Shown here: in pieces, positions 19,053 through 29,937 of the stretch
Layout of the letters: every line of letters starts with the position of its first letter
Numbering within the stretch: position 1 is the first letter of the stretch
Notes under the pieces: model-generated
The model's input: only the letters and a program-made list of their open reading frames with translations
What the model was told of the DNA's origin: nothing
Database searches by the model: none
Assembly: GCA_003560095.1 (NCBI GenBank)
Contig: PWJI01000010.1
Span: forward strand, 1 to 50,678
Direction of reading: 5' to 3'
Length of the DNA: 50,678 bases
Origin: Candidatus Nealsonbacteria bacterium
Lineage (GTDB): Bacteria > Patescibacteriota > Minisyncoccia > Minisyncoccales > PWPS01
Position numbers and translations under genes: made by a program

Positions 19053-20294
19053 CTAACCCTTAATACATCTAACAGAAAGACCGCTTTCTAAAATAAGCGG
19101 TATCCTTTTTATCTCCGGATAACCGGAATAAAGCATCCTTACGAAAGCAGAAGATTCTTTTTTAGTAGACGTCCAAAAACCTGTTCCAATATCAATTCCA
19201 TTAAATTCTCCGCTGGGCTCTCTTCCCCCGGCAGGCAGAGCAGAAAAGTTACTTATATCACTACCATCCCACTCTTCTGACTTTATTTTTTCACCTTCAT
19301 TTGAACCTCTCCACTTAATTTCGTTTGCTTGTGTTAAGCTCATTCCAAGAGCTCTTTCCATTTCCCTAAACTCTTCATCGGTTGGTAATCTCCATCCCCT
19401 AGGACAAACATCTACGGCATCATTGTAATTATATAGTCGCCCATAAGAATCACAATTTTCTTCTTGATTTTCATAACACCAACTTTCATCCGTTTCATAA
19501 TTCAAATTTTCTGCCATCCAGCAATACCGTCCAATTTGTACAATATCATATCTTAAATTATTTCTATGATCGGTATGCGTACTAAGTCCTTCACAAGGAT
19601 TACCATTTGCAAAAGGCAATTCTTCCTCACCTTCCTCTTCTTCTTGAGTGTCTTCTTCGTCTTCTGTGCTCTCTTGTGGTATATCATGACACATTCCGTC
19701 ATACCAATAAAAACCATTTTCTAAGCACTCTTCTTCATTTTCAATGTTTTCAAGAGAAATATCGTTGTCTTGCTGATCCTCTTCCTCTCCTTCTTCCTCT
19801 TGTTGCGGAGTTTCATAACACATTCCGTTATACCAATAAAAACCATTTTCTAAGCACTCTTCTTCATTTTCAATATTTTCAAGAGAAATATCTTCCTCTT
19901 TCTGTGGATCCTCATGACACATTCCGTCATACCAATAAAACCTTTTTTGTGCACACTCTTCTCGAGTCTCAATAGTGCTTGGATCATCGTCTCTGTCTTC
20001 TCCTACTTCTTCATGACACATTCCGTCATACCAATAAAAGTTTCTTTCTATACACTCTTCCTCGTTTCTAATTTCTTGTGCGTCAATATCCGGCAAAGGG
20101 TCGTAATGACATTTATTCTCATACCAATAAAACCCCTCTTCTTCACAGCGCTCCTTGTTTTTAATATTTTCAGGTATGGCATCTCTTCCATTTTCAAAAG
20201 AAGAATCCTCTCTTCCCGTAAAAAGCATTATAATTATCCCAAAAAAGAGTAGAAAAAAGCCTATACCTATAATTATTATTGTTTTTTTACTCAT
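19053..20294 (-). CDS. Surface protein: TM + five Cys/Trp repeats + FISUMP
   Basis: Five C-x4-FYWY-x3-C repeats; CWMAENL, YGRLY, CPRGWRLPT, FSALPAG, SVRCIK. Confidence 0.85.
   Translation of the reverse strand: MSKKTIIIIGIGFFLLFFGIIIMLFTGREDSSFENGRDAIPENIKNKERCEEEGFYWYENKCHYDPLPDIDAQEIRNEEECIERNFYWYDGMCHEEVGEDRDDDPSTIETREECAQKRFYWYDGMCHEDPQKEEDISLENIENEEECLENGFYWYNGMCYETPQQEEEGEEEDQQDNDISLENIENEEECLENGFYWYDGMCHDIPQESTEDEEDTQEEEEGEEELPFANGNPCEGLSTHTDHRNNLRYDIVQIGRYCWMAENLNYETDESWCYENQEENCDSYGRLYNYNDAVDVCPRGWRLPTDEEFREMERALGMSLTQANEIKWRGSNEGEKIKSEEWDGSDISNFSALPAGGREPSGEFNGIDIGTGFWTSTKKESSAFVRMLYSGYPEIKRIPLILESGLSVRCIKG
19680..20165 (-). repeat. Intragenic repeats encoding a Cys-Trp module
   Basis: ATACCAATAAAA core recurs five times on the plus strand; units at about 19692-19763 and 19821-19892 are near-identical. 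Confidence 0.9.
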
Positions 20295-20365
20295 ATATTA
20301 AACTTTTATAATTTCAAAAAAGCGCTTCCCTTACAATATCACAAAATAAAAATAATAAAAACAAA

Positions 20366-20386
20366 AGCCTCGCAAAAAGCGAGGCT
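20366..20386 (-). terminator. Intrinsic terminator
   Basis: AGCCTCGC-AAAAA-GCGAGGCT followed by a T-rich tract on the minus strand. Confidence 0.75.
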
Positions 20387-20410
20387 AATACATTCTTAAA
20401 ATAAGCAAAA

Positions 20411-21100
20411 CTACTCAATTATTTCTTCTTCTGATAAAACTTCTAGTGGAAAATCGTCTTCTGTAATTTCAATAAATTCAATTTCTTCGGGAATTTTAAA
20501 TAACTCTTGATTGGGCTCTTTTTCAAAACAACGAAAATCAGGCTCTTTTGTAATTTCTTCAATAAGTCCTTCTTTGCTTCTTGGGGGCACAGGAGCATTT
20601 CCAATTTCAAACTTTATTGACTCCTCTTCGTAAATATTTTCCTCATCCCACATATACACGGTTTCTCCTTTTATAACAAGATAAAATTCTTCATAAGTCA
20701 TCGCCATATTTCCGGAAGAAAAATGTATTTCTATCTCTTCTCCACTAAAATAGTCCCTAAAAGAACATACTGTTGATCCATCCCCTAAAAAAGCATCGCG
20801 AATATTTTCTTTGACATCATCAACTTGAGGTGCTCTTTTTTCTTCAATCTCATAAATCCTGGAAGCTATCTTTTCAATTTCAAAACTAACCTCCTTTAGT
20901 CCCTTCATTACTTCTTCGTATTCTTCTATACTATCTTCTCCATACTCAGCCACAACCTCTTTAAGGCCCGCAACAACATGATCAAGATTTTCTACTCTTT
21001 CTTTCATTTCCTCTACAGAGTAACCAAAAGAAAACAAAGGAACTCCCAAAAAAACAATAAAAACAATAAAATAAAATGCTTTTCTTTTAATTATATTCAT
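20411..21100 (-). CDS. Exported hypothetical protein (coiled coil + LolA-like C-terminus)
   Basis: Signal peptide, acidic, two Cys, ends ...ELFKIPEEIEF. Confidence 0.55.
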   Translation of the reverse strand: MNIIKRKAFYFIVFIVFLGVPLFSFGYSVEEMKERVENLDHVVAGLKEVVAEYGEDSIEEYEEVMKGLKEVSFEIEKIASRIYEIEEKRAPQVDDVKENIRDAFLGDGSTVCSFRDYFSGEEIEIHFSSGNMAMTYEEFYLVIKGETVYMWDEENIYEEESIKFEIGNAPVPPRSKEGLIEEITKEPDFRCFEKEPNQELFKIPEEIEFIEITEDDFPLEVLSEEEIIE

Positions 21101-21159
21101 ATTTTAAAAATTATTTTATTTTGCCGACCTTTTTAATCTTTACAAAAATATTTCTTCTA

Positions 21160-22557
21160 TTAATGTTTATTTTCTTTAATATATTTTTCTACATTAAATT
21201 TCCCCTTGCTGCCATTGTAGCTCATATACCTTACTTTGCCAAATATCAATCTCTCTCCCCAAGCCCTGTCGTGAACACCCCCAATAGACCAAGCAATGCC
21301 CGTATAACCTCTTGAATCTCTTCCATCAAGCTCATATTTATCATTTAAGTATATTGCCGTTTTTATTGCTTCCTTTGGCGACTTACTCCACTCAAGAATT
21401 TTTTTCGCCCAATACATGCGCATATAACCATGCATTTTTCCTTTTTTTACCATTTCCATTTGTGCTGCATTCCATAATTCATCATGGGTTTCTCCATTTT
21501 CAAATTCTTTTCCTGAATAAAGATATTCTCTTTTATCTTTTTTGTGTTTAGTTAAACTATCTTTCGCCCACCGAGGAAAACCATCAAAAGAATCATAATG
21601 ATCATTATAAAAACAATAATTATCAGAAAGTTCTTTTCTGATTATTAGTTCTTCCAAAAAATCTTTACAGTTTTCTTTTTTCTTTCTTTTTACCAAAAAA
21701 GCAACCCTTTGAGCAGATATTTGCCCAAAATGCAAATAAGGAGAGAGATTTGACTGAGCTTCTTTGTTGGGGTCATTTCTTTCTTTGCTGTAATTTTTAA
21801 TTTTTTTGTTTAAAAAATTACTAAGTATTTTTTTTGCCTCTGTTTCTCCCGGCTTTATCCATTTCACGGGTGTCACGGAAAAATCAACGCTCAATGATTT
21901 GTATGCTTTTTCCCAATCTATTTTTTCATTTTGAAAATTATTCTTTCTCTGTTTCTTTAATTTTGGAAAATCAGTTAAAAATTCCGGAAGCATTTTAGTT
22001 ATTTTAGGCCTAATGGTGTAGGCTGCATACTCTTTTTTTGAAGATGCTTCTCTGCAAGGAACAATATTATGTGCATCAACTTCAAAAAAAGAACATTTTG
22101 CTTTTTTTGCCATTTCCTCTCTCCATTCTCTTTTTATTTTTAGGGGGTCAAAATCAGATACTATAATTCCGGGAGAAAATTTGTTCAAGAAAAAATTCGC
22201 TTTTTCTATTGGGCTTCCTAAAAACAAAAAAAACGGAATATTTAATTCCTTTAATTTGCTCTCAACCTCTTTTAATCCTTTTATCATAAAATCATACTGA
22301 CGAAAACTGGCATCGGCAAAAAAGGGCGAGAGAAAAAAAACAACAGCCAAATCTTTTTTTTCTGATATTGCTAACTGCTGTGCATAAATTAAAGCCCAAT
22401 TATCATCAACTCTTTGGTCCCTGCTCATCCAATAAAAAACAGGTCCTTCCTTAAAATTTTCTTTATTTAAAGAGTGGATTCTTTTTTCATTAACGCTGTT
22501 TGTTTTTTTCTTTTCAGTATCTTGTTTTTTGATTTTTTCTTTATTCGATATTTTCAT
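21160..22557 (-). CDS. phrB: Class II CPD DNA photolyase
   Basis: YWMSRDQRVDDNWAL, EVDAHNIVP, SNLSPYLHFGQISAQR, MHGYMRMYWAKKILEW, LDGRD. Confidence 0.95.
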   Translation of the reverse strand: MKISNKEKIKKQDTEKKKTNSVNEKRIHSLNKENFKEGPVFYWMSRDQRVDDNWALIYAQQLAISEKKDLAVVFFLSPFFADASFRQYDFMIKGLKEVESKLKELNIPFFLFLGSPIEKANFFLNKFSPGIIVSDFDPLKIKREWREEMAKKAKCSFFEVDAHNIVPCREASSKKEYAAYTIRPKITKMLPEFLTDFPKLKKQRKNNFQNEKIDWEKAYKSLSVDFSVTPVKWIKPGETEAKKILSNFLNKKIKNYSKERNDPNKEAQSNLSPYLHFGQISAQRVAFLVKRKKKENCKDFLEELIIRKELSDNYCFYNDHYDSFDGFPRWAKDSLTKHKKDKREYLYSGKEFENGETHDELWNAAQMEMVKKGKMHGYMRMYWAKKILEWSKSPKEAIKTAIYLNDKYELDGRDSRGYTGIAWSIGGVHDRAWGERLIFGKVRYMSYNGSKGKFNVEKYIKENKH

Positions 22558-23653
22558 TAACGTAATGACCAATTATTCCCAAAACCCTTCCCCATGTAAA
22601 AAAACTTTCTTCTTTTTCTTCATCTTCTCCTGCTTTTTTATCTTCTTCTGTTTTCTTCTCTTCTTCTATTTTTTTATCTACGCTTCTTTTTTCAAGATCT
22701 CTAAGATACTCTATAGAGGTTAAATTGGAATTTTTCATTTTTTCCGCATGCTCTTTGCCAACAAAACGCCAATGCCAAGGTTCATATATATATCCGGTTA
22801 TTTCTTTTTTGTCTTTTGGATAGCTCAAAACAAAACCGTATTTATGAGCATTTTTTTTCAACCATTTTTTTTCGGGAGTATTTCCAAAACTTATTGGAAC
22901 CGGACGAAAACTCACCGACTCTCCTGTTAAATCAACAGCTGTTCCTAGCTGATGCTCGGAATGACCAGGTCTGGCAGAAAAATCTTTCGCCTTGTTTCCT
23001 CTAAGCTCAATATAACTACGATGAATAATATCTTGAAGCTCATTTCTTCTAAATCCACTGGTAACCGCCAAAACGATACCCTCTTCTTTTGCATCTTCAA
23101 ACATTTCCTCAAGACTCATCGCAGCTTCTTTGGTAAGACACATATGTCTTATTGTTTTAACCCTATCTGTTATATCAACCAAATCTTTAGGAACATAATC
23201 TTTTGGCAATCCAATGTCTTTTCCTATTGGAGCAAGCTTTTTGCTGGAATATTCACCCGAAGAAGAAGGGCAAAGATTTGAATAATAAACCTCGTTTATT
23301 TTTTTTCTTGTTTTAGAATCTACCATTCCGGTAGGAGTAAGATCATTTTCTTCTTGCCATTTATACACAGCCCTACTTGTTTCTTCTCCATAATAGCCGG
23401 TAATTAAGTTATGTGAAAAATCATTATCTTCAACATTGGCTAAAAAATACTGCAAAAGTCTAACCTCAACACCCACACTTCCCCTATTCATTGCTTTAGT
23501 TAAGCCACCGTTTATTCTCCACTGATTAATTGTACTTATTTCTATCTCAACCAAAGAGGCAAGCAAGTGACGCTCACTTCTTTCTTTTAAAGCAAAAAAA
23601 ACTCCCATAAAAATCATTACTATTATAAATAATTTTAAAAAATTTTTTTTCAT
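22541..23653 (-). CDS. PG-binding + VanY/M15B D-Ala-D-Ala carboxypeptidase
   Basis: PG_binding_1 (GYYGEETSRAV...PTG), SGFR, ARPGHSEHQLGTAVD, YEPWHWRFVG. Confidence 0.92.
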   Translation of the reverse strand: MKKNFLKLFIIVMIFMGVFFALKERSERHLLASLVEIEISTINQWRINGGLTKAMNRGSVGVEVRLLQYFLANVEDNDFSHNLITGYYGEETSRAVYKWQEENDLTPTGMVDSKTRKKINEVYYSNLCPSSSGEYSSKKLAPIGKDIGLPKDYVPKDLVDITDRVKTIRHMCLTKEAAMSLEEMFEDAKEEGIVLAVTSGFRRNELQDIIHRSYIELRGNKAKDFSARPGHSEHQLGTAVDLTGESVSFRPVPISFGNTPEKKWLKKNAHKYGFVLSYPKDKKEITGYIYEPWHWRFVGKEHAEKMKNSNLTSIEYLRDLEKRSVDKKIEEEKKTEEDKKAGEDEEKEESFFTWGRVLGIIGHYVNENIE

Positions 23654-23756
23654 CTCTTTAAAGAATTAGCTTCCCTTATATTACTATAATTTTTATAAAA
23701 CAAAAAGAATTTACACTACATTAATTCCTGAAAATGCTTTTTATTTCATTTTGACT

Positions 23757-23785
23757 TTGAAAATAAATAATAAATGTATTATAAT
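23757..23785 (+). promoter_or_regulatory. Sigma70 promoter of HU
   Basis: TTGAAA (23757-62), 17 bp spacer, TATAAT (23780-85). Confidence 0.7.
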
Positions 23786-23833
23786 ACCTCCAAAGGTCGA
23801 TTTCTAACGTAATAAATTATTTTATATATTATT

Positions 23834-24106
23834 ATGAGTAAACAAGATCTTGTTGAAGCATTGGTTAAGAAAACTAAAGTTTCTAAAAACCAAGCCAACG
23901 AAATGTTAAATAGTGTCTTGGAAGAAATCACCAAGTCCATGAAAAAAGGTAAAGATGTAACTCTTACCGGATTTGGAACTTTCTCTGTTGTTAAGAGAAA
24001 GGCAAGACAAGGTGTTAATCCTAAGACAGGAGAAAAAATTAAAATTGCTGCCACAAAAGCTCCTAAGTTTAAGGCAGGCAAAAAATTAAAAGAAGCGGTA
24101 AAATAG
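23834..24106 (+). CDS. hup: Histone-like DNA-binding protein HU
   Basis: GFGTF...RKARQGVNPKTGEKIKI...PKFKAGKKLKEAV. Confidence 0.97.
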   Translation: MSKQDLVEALVKKTKVSKNQANEMLNSVLEEITKSMKKGKDVTLTGFGTFSVVKRKARQGVNPKTGEKIKIAATKAPKFKAGKKLKEAVK

Positions 24107-24125
24107 TTCCGCTTTTTGTAATTTA

Positions 24126-24154
24126 AAACCCCCTCCTTAAAAAGGAGGGGGTTT
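24126..24154. terminator. Bidirectional intrinsic terminator between convergent genes
   Basis: AAACCCCCTCCTT / AAGGAGGGGGTTT inverted repeat. Confidence 0.85.
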
Positions 24155-24167
24155 GTTTTTGCAATAA

Positions 24168-24917
24168 TTAAAGTCCGGTAGGAGCGTCAATAAAAACCGT
24201 TTCTATATTAAACTCTTTCCTTAAAACCTCACTTACCGCCTTAACTCCTACTGTTTCACTAGCATAGTGACCGGCAAAAATAACATTTATTTTTGCATCT
24301 TTTACTACTTCCGTTATGTCAGATGGATCTCCCGTAATAAAAAGATCAACCTCTTTTTCAATTGCCCCAAAAACACCATGAGGAGCTCCTCCGCTAATTA
24401 CTCCTATTTTTTTAACTTTTCTTTTCCCATAATCTAATAAAATGCATTTTGTACTAAACTTTTCTTCTATTCTTTGCTTGATTTCCTCTATTGATGTTTC
24501 TCTGCATTCACCAATCCACCCAATATTTTTTTCTTTATTTTCCATTGGTTTTTTTGGTTGGGCTTTTAAAAATTTTAATATTTGCGCATTGTTTCCAACA
24601 GTAAGATGTCTATCCAATGGAAGATGGCAAGCATATAAAGATATCTTATTTTCCAATAAAAATTTTACTCTATCTTTTTTCCATCCTTTTAGAGAGGGGT
24701 TGGCTTTCTTCCAAAAAAGACCGTGATGCACAATAATCATATCGGCATTTTCTTTTTTTGCCGCCTTAAAAACATCCATTCCCGCAGTCACGCTAAAAGC
24801 AATCCTACTTACTTCTTTTTCTCCCTCAACCTGCAACCCGTTCCATGAATCATCATCAATTTCCTCTATTTCTAAATATTCATTTAAATAATCAACTATT
24901 TTATTTAATTTTGGCAT
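24168..24917 (-). CDS. Nif3-like dinuclear metal-centre protein (YbgI family)
   Basis: NGLQVEG, VHHGLFW, HLPLD.H...GNN, AGHYASE. Confidence 0.93.
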   Translation of the reverse strand: MPKLNKIVDYLNEYLEIEEIDDDSWNGLQVEGEKEVSRIAFSVTAGMDVFKAAKKENADMIIVHHGLFWKKANPSLKGWKKDRVKFLLENKISLYACHLPLDRHLTVGNNAQILKFLKAQPKKPMENKEKNIGWIGECRETSIEEIKQRIEEKFSTKCILLDYGKRKVKKIGVISGGAPHGVFGAIEKEVDLFITGDPSDITEVVKDAKINVIFAGHYASETVGVKAVSEVLRKEFNIETVFIDAPTGL

Positions 24918-24958
24918 ACTATTGTTATAAATTTTTTCACTATTATAATTGATTTTCG

Positions 24959-27079
24959 TTAAGGCCTTAAAACACAGCGAACATGATAATATTCAAAATC
25001 TTTATCTCCGTAAAGACTTTCCCCTGAAAAAAAGTTTAACTTTCTTGCTTGCATAAAAGAACTTTCGGTAGAAGACCAATAAAAATTAGGAGTTGCGTTA
25101 TAGTCCCAGTAAGGAGCACAAGGTTCTCCCTGAAATTTACTCTCGCTTTTTAGACAATTTTCATAAAATTTTTCCAGTGTTCCTATGGCAGGCAAATACC
25201 AGTCATCTCTACCGGCATAGCTTAGCTCATTACAAGCATATGCTGCCATATTTTTTTCGGGGCAACTGGCATCTATTATTGCTTGATTGTTTTCTTTTTC
25301 TTTTTCATAATGATTGGCTCCGACATAATCTTCTTTGCATCCCCATTGATACTGAGAAGCAGGAAATTCATCAGCTGGAAGACTAAGTGTAGGAGTCCAT
25401 AAATTAAGATCAAAATCGCAATAAACTGTCTCTCCTTCAATTTCTATGCTTACATCCTTATGCTCTTTGCGCGTACAAAATTTACTTAAATCTCCAAGAA
25501 TAATTTTTGTACATATATTATTAATGCACTCGTGTCCGCTTGGACAATCTCCATAGTTGTGTCTTAAAATACAATTCCTGCTCTCTTTTGAGTGGCCAAC
25601 ACAATCGCTTCCTCCATATTCCGGCTTGGGATTATTACACTCTCTTGTTCTTGTTTTTTGTCCATACGCAGGAGCTTCCCCACACATTGCTCCACCGTCG
25701 TGCTCGATTACACAATCACTCCAATCACTCCACTCTCCCCAACCTCCATCCACCGGGACCATTTCTCCATAGCATTCATTTTCATGCCACTCATAGCCCA
25801 TCTCCTCACATTCTAATTTTGAAGTAAGAACATCGGGAGAGGGAAAATCAGAAAAACAAGCTCCATTATACCAATAAAATTTATTTTCTTCGCATTCTTT
25901 TTTAGATAAAATATTTTCAGGAGAAATTTCTTTCATTCTTTCTTCTTTTGGCATTTCATAACATCCTCCTTCGTACCAATAAAGACCCTCCCTTTCACAT
26001 ATATCTTGGATAGTGAGTCTTTCTATTCTTTGAGCAGTATCTATTGAAAACCAAGTAAAAAACCCAATGATAAAAATAATAGAAAAGAAAGAGAATATTA
26101 TTATTGAAAAAGCAACTTTTTGATTAATTTCTTTTCCAAGTATTTCAATTACTGATTTTTTTCTTTTTTGTTCTTCCAAGAAATAATGTTTTTCGTCTTG
26201 ACCAACTGCTTTATCTTCTTCAAAAAAATCTTCTTTTCCTTCTTTTGGCTCTTTCTCTTCTTCTTTTTCTGAAGGTTTTTCTTCAATAATCCTCTCCTCT
26301 AAGCGTTCTTTTTTCTTATCATCTTCTTTTTGCTTAAGTCCCATTTTTCTAATTCTTTCTTTTATATCTAATCTTTCCAATTCTTTTTCTCTTCTTTTAT
26401 CTTCTAACTCCCATCTTTTCTTTATGATTCTTATTCTTTTTTTAATATCTTTTTCTTGCTTTGCCTTTAGCTCAATCTCATCCTTTTCTTTTTTGATTGA
26501 TTCTATTTCACCACTAATTGAGAGTAGTCTTTTGCTTAGTTTTGTTCTATCTTCTTTTGTTTTTGCCTCTTTGTGTTCTTCTTTTTCTGTCAAAAAACTT
26601 TCTGCCTCTTTTTTTTCTTCCTCTTTCGCTTTCTTTCTTATTTTTTCTATTAATTCTCTTTCATTTTCCTCTTCCTTTGTATTCTTTTTTTTCTCATCCC
26701 TTTTAGTTGATTTATTTAAAATCATATCAACCTTTCCCCCTATTTCATCAAGATTAAATTTAGCCACTATAAAATAGTTTTCCGCTCCATATTTTTTAAT
26801 CTTTTCTATGTCTTCTTTGCTTCCCACATTGGAAGCAGCAATTACCGGAATGTCAGAAATATCCTTTCTTTCTTTTATCTTTTTTAAAAAATCAAAATTA
26901 TTTTTTTTGAACCCCTCCGTGCTCGCCAAAATAAGGGCGGGATAAATTTCTTTTATTTTTAAAAACGCCTCTTCTTCTGTTTTTAAAAGAAAAGCACCAT
27001 AGCCCATCTCTTTGAGCTTGTTTTTTAAAAGCTCTCCTACTTCTTTATTATTTTCAACAATAATTACTTTTTTAGCCAT
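24959..27079 (-). CDS. Pseudo-receiver + coiled coil + TM + 3 Cys repeats + TSP1 + DUF1566-like CLec domain
   Basis: N-terminal KKVIIVEN...DIPVI...GAENY receiver pattern; [14 protein letters not shown]...[35 protein letters not shown]. Confidence 0.8.
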   Translation of the reverse strand: MAKKVIIVENNKEVGELLKNKLKEMGYGAFLLKTEEEAFLKIKEIYPALILASTEGFKKNNFDFLKKIKERKDISDIPVIAASNVGSKEDIEKIKKYGAENYFIVAKFNLDEIGGKVDMILNKSTKRDEKKKNTKEEENERELIEKIRKKAKEEEKKEAESFLTEKEEHKEAKTKEDRTKLSKRLLSISGEIESIKKEKDEIELKAKQEKDIKKRIRIIKKRWELEDKRREKELERLDIKERIRKMGLKQKEDDKKKERLEERIIEEKPSEKEEEKEPKEGKEDFFEEDKAVGQDEKHYFLEEQKRKKSVIEILGKEINQKVAFSIIIFSFFSIIFIIGFFTWFSIDTAQRIERLTIQDICEREGLYWYEGGCYEMPKEERMKEISPENILSKKECEENKFYWYNGACFSDFPSPDVLTSKLECEEMGYEWHENECYGEMVPVDGGWGEWSDWSDCVIEHDGGAMCGEAPAYGQKTRTRECNNPKPEYGGSDCVGHSKESRNCILRHNYGDCPSGHECINNICTKIILGDLSKFCTRKEHKDVSIEIEGETVYCDFDLNLWTPTLSLPADEFPASQYQWGCKEDYVGANHYEKEKENNQAIIDASCPEKNMAAYACNELSYAGRDDWYLPAIGTLEKFYENCLKSESKFQGEPCAPYWDYNATPNFYWSSTESSFMQARKLNFFSGESLYGDKDFEYYHVRCVLRP

Positions 27080-27116
27080 ATAAAAATACTTGGCTTTTGT
27101 AAAAATAAAACAAAAT

Positions 27117-27926
27117 TTAGCTCAATACACTTTTCTCCATTTCTTCTTTTATTTTCTCCTCTATTTTTTCTACTTCTTTTATAATTTGAACTATTTTATT
27201 TCTTATTTCCTCTTTTTCGTAAACTATCGGTAGAAGATCAATTGCTGTTTGCCTTATCTCTTGAGCTCTCTTTTTTTGACTAATGATTTTTTTATTTTCT
27301 TCCCTTATCCTTAAAAATCTTTCTATCTTTATTTCCAGTTCTTCTTTTTGTAATTCAAGATTATCTTTTACTTCTTCCAATTGGAAATAAATTTCATTTA
27401 ATTTATTTCTAATGTCACTTTCCTTTACCTCTCTTAATAAAAGCTGAACAATAGAAAGAAGATCTTGACTTCTTTTTTTTGCTTCATTTATTCTGCTCAT
27501 TTGCAATTCTTTTCGAGACAAAAATCTTTCATCCATAAAATCTACTTCTTTCTCAAAAACAGCCATTATTTCTGTATCTTTTTCTAGTAAAAAAGAATGC
27601 TCTTTCTCTCGACTAACAATTACTCCCTCCTTTTCCCATCTAGAAAAATAAAAACCTTTTTGTGGTGATGCTTTTACTATAGCCTCCTCCTTCTTTCCAT
27701 ATTTTATTTCGCTTTGCACCTCTCCTCTCTCCCTATCTTTTACCTTAACGGTAAGAGTATAGGTGGGTTCTCTAAGAGTAAATCTTACTTTAGCGTTATC
27801 AAAATCTAATCGAGTATCTTCTTTTAAAAAAGAGTTCTCGGCAGAAACGCCTACAAAACCAAAAAGCAATATTACTTTTATAATAAAAATAGGAATATAG
27901 TATGAAATCTTCCTTTTGTTAATCAT
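27117..27926 (-). CDS. Secreted protein: divergent InlB-B (bacterial repeat) domain + C-terminal coiled coil
   Basis: Signal peptide; YTLTV...G.V...A.P..GFYFSRW...AVF. Confidence 0.65.
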   Translation of the reverse strand: MINKRKISYYIPIFIIKVILLFGFVGVSAENSFLKEDTRLDFDNAKVRFTLREPTYTLTVKVKDRERGEVQSEIKYGKKEEAIVKASPQKGFYFSRWEKEGVIVSREKEHSFLLEKDTEIMAVFEKEVDFMDERFLSRKELQMSRINEAKKRSQDLLSIVQLLLREVKESDIRNKLNEIYFQLEEVKDNLELQKEELEIKIERFLRIREENKKIISQKKRAQEIRQTAIDLLPIVYEKEEIRNKIVQIIKEVEKIEEKIKEEMEKSVLS

Positions 27927-27989
27927 TGGAAATAATAATATTCGATTATAATAATACTATAGCATTTTTTTAAAAAAAATAAGAAAGAT

Positions 27990-29189
27990 TTAATTTTTTT
28001 TATCACTATCATTTACGGAAATATTTTCTTGAGACACTTTTCTTCCAATAAAGTAAGCGGCAAAAATGCTGGATATAGGCACAGCCAATATTAGGGACGT
28101 ACTTCCTATAATTGCTCTTGCAATCTCTTCGGCAATCGGCTCACTATTTATTGAAACCCACAGCGGCATATATTCAGTAGAATAAAGAATTATAAAAAGC
28201 GGAAGAGAAGCTCCTGCATAAACAAGAACCAAAGTATTGACAAGAGAGGCAATATGCTCCCTGCCAACGTTCAAACTTCTTACATAAAGCTCTTTGGGGT
28301 TTAATTTTTTGTTGGCTTTTTTTAATTCCCAAGCAACCGCTGTTTGCGTTGAGGTAACATCTGAAAGAACTCCCAGTACTCCAACAACCATTCCGGCAAG
28401 AAGGAGTCCTCTTAAGCTAATATAAGAATACTCTCCCAACTGAAAAGATACTACAAACTCTCCACCTCTTCCAAATAAGCTTGCTATTTCAACAAAAAAA
28501 TAAGAAACAAAAATAGAAATAAACAGTGTGGTTACTGTACTTAGCCACACTATAGGAGTTCTGTTATTAATTCCATGAGCTAAAAACAAAGAAACACTCG
28601 CTATTAAGATAGCCCCCAATAAGGTTACCTGGAGAGGATTGCTTCCCGATATTATATTGGGAATCATATAATAAATTAAAACAAGCATACTAAATCCTAA
28701 GCCCAAAACAGAACCTACTCCTCTTGCCCTTCCAAAATAAAATATTACACCCAAGAAAAGAACAAAAATAATCAAAAGTCCATTTATTCTGTCATAATCG
28801 GCTATATAAAAAACCTCTTCTCCTGTGCTATGTATTATATGGGAATTTAAAACAACCTTATCTCCTTTGTTAAACCTATAAGATTGATCTGGATCGAGTA
28901 TACTACGATGATTAACAAAAACTTCTTCACCTTTTCTATCTTCGTTACTTATCTCTACTCTTATTTTTTGCTCTATATAACCACTCTCCAATGTATCTTT
29001 ACTCTCTTTAATTATTTCTTTTATTTCTCCCCTATAATAATTAGCTCCAATTTCTCCAATATCTAAAAATTGTCCTGCCTCAGCGCGTAAATCTCTTTCT
29101 TTTTCATCGGGAACATTGGTTGTCACCCATAAAAAAATAATAAATAAAAAAATTAGAATAATTGCTATGCTCGTTCTTTTTTTTGTCAT
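27990..29189 (-). CDS. YibE/F-family membrane protein
   Basis: GVLSDVTSTQ, VGREHIASLVNTLVLVYAGASLP, EEIARAIIGS. Confidence 0.92.
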   Translation of the reverse strand: MTKKRTSIAIILIFLFIIFLWVTTNVPDEKERDLRAEAGQFLDIGEIGANYYRGEIKEIIKESKDTLESGYIEQKIRVEISNEDRKGEEVFVNHRSILDPDQSYRFNKGDKVVLNSHIIHSTGEEVFYIADYDRINGLLIIFVLFLGVIFYFGRARGVGSVLGLGFSMLVLIYYMIPNIISGSNPLQVTLLGAILIASVSLFLAHGINNRTPIVWLSTVTTLFISIFVSYFFVEIASLFGRGGEFVVSFQLGEYSYISLRGLLLAGMVVGVLGVLSDVTSTQTAVAWELKKANKKLNPKELYVRSLNVGREHIASLVNTLVLVYAGASLPLFIILYSTEYMPLWVSINSEPIAEEIARAIIGSTSLILAVPISSIFAAYFIGRKVSQENISVNDSDKKN

Positions 29190-29223
29190 CTTATTTTTGA
29201 TTTTAAAAATAAAAATCTATTAA

Positions 29224-29850
29224 TTAACTACCCTCAGGTAACTCAAAAACATCTTTGTCACCATTAAAGTCAAAGTTTTCTGCTTCTATTATCATTCCTT
29301 TCTCCTTAATCTTGATAGGAAAGCCATGCTCTTTTGACAGCCATACTTTCTTTTTTTCTTGATTAAAGTCGCTTTCAATTACAAAACAATCTTTTTCATT
29401 TATACTTTCACTTCCAAGAAAAAAATATTCTTCTCGCAGTAAAATGGCAAGATGATTTTTTAAAGACCCCCTTAAAACTTCTTTTATTTCATTTTTTGTA
29501 ATTTCCGTAAAAATATTTTCTTTTGGAAGATGAAGTTGTTCTATTTCTTTTCTACTATCAACAAACAAAACCACCTCTTTTCCGGAAACAACCTTTTTCA
29601 TCTTCATTTTTTCTTTTTTTTGCCAAAAAGATCCTTGGACCTCTCTCTCGGGGTAAATTATTGCCAAATCATATTTCACATAATCAATTTCTTTTGCTTC
29701 TAGCATAAGATCTCTTACCTTATCCTCCATATAAATGTCTTCTTTTTTTTGACTATGCTCCTTTTCTTTGTTGTTTTCTTCTCTCGGAAAAAACCATACA
29801 AAAAAGCTAACTAAAAAAACTATACTCAAAACTGTAAAAAAATCTTTCAT
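29224..29850 (-). CDS. LolA/DUF4412-like exported protein
   Basis: Paralogue of 12915 and 35047 (CFVIE...KVWLSKEHGFPIK...FELP). Confidence 0.6.
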   Translation of the reverse strand: MKDFFTVLSIVFLVSFFVWFFPREENNKEKEHSQKKEDIYMEDKVRDLMLEAKEIDYVKYDLAIIYPEREVQGSFWQKKEKMKMKKVVSGKEVVLFVDSRKEIEQLHLPKENIFTEITKNEIKEVLRGSLKNHLAILLREEYFFLGSESINEKDCFVIESDFNQEKKKVWLSKEHGFPIKIKEKGMIIEAENFDFNGDKDVFELPEGS

Positions 29851-29937
29851 AGTTTTGCTTTAATAACTTTAAATAAAGATTGTTTTTTTCTAAGAGAATA
29901 TTTCAAGATCAAAGTAATAGATAATAATATTTAAAAA

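Noticed and set aside
19680..20165. CRISPR-like spaced repeats
   Set aside because: The repeats are in-frame coding units with variable sequence and spacing; no cas genes.
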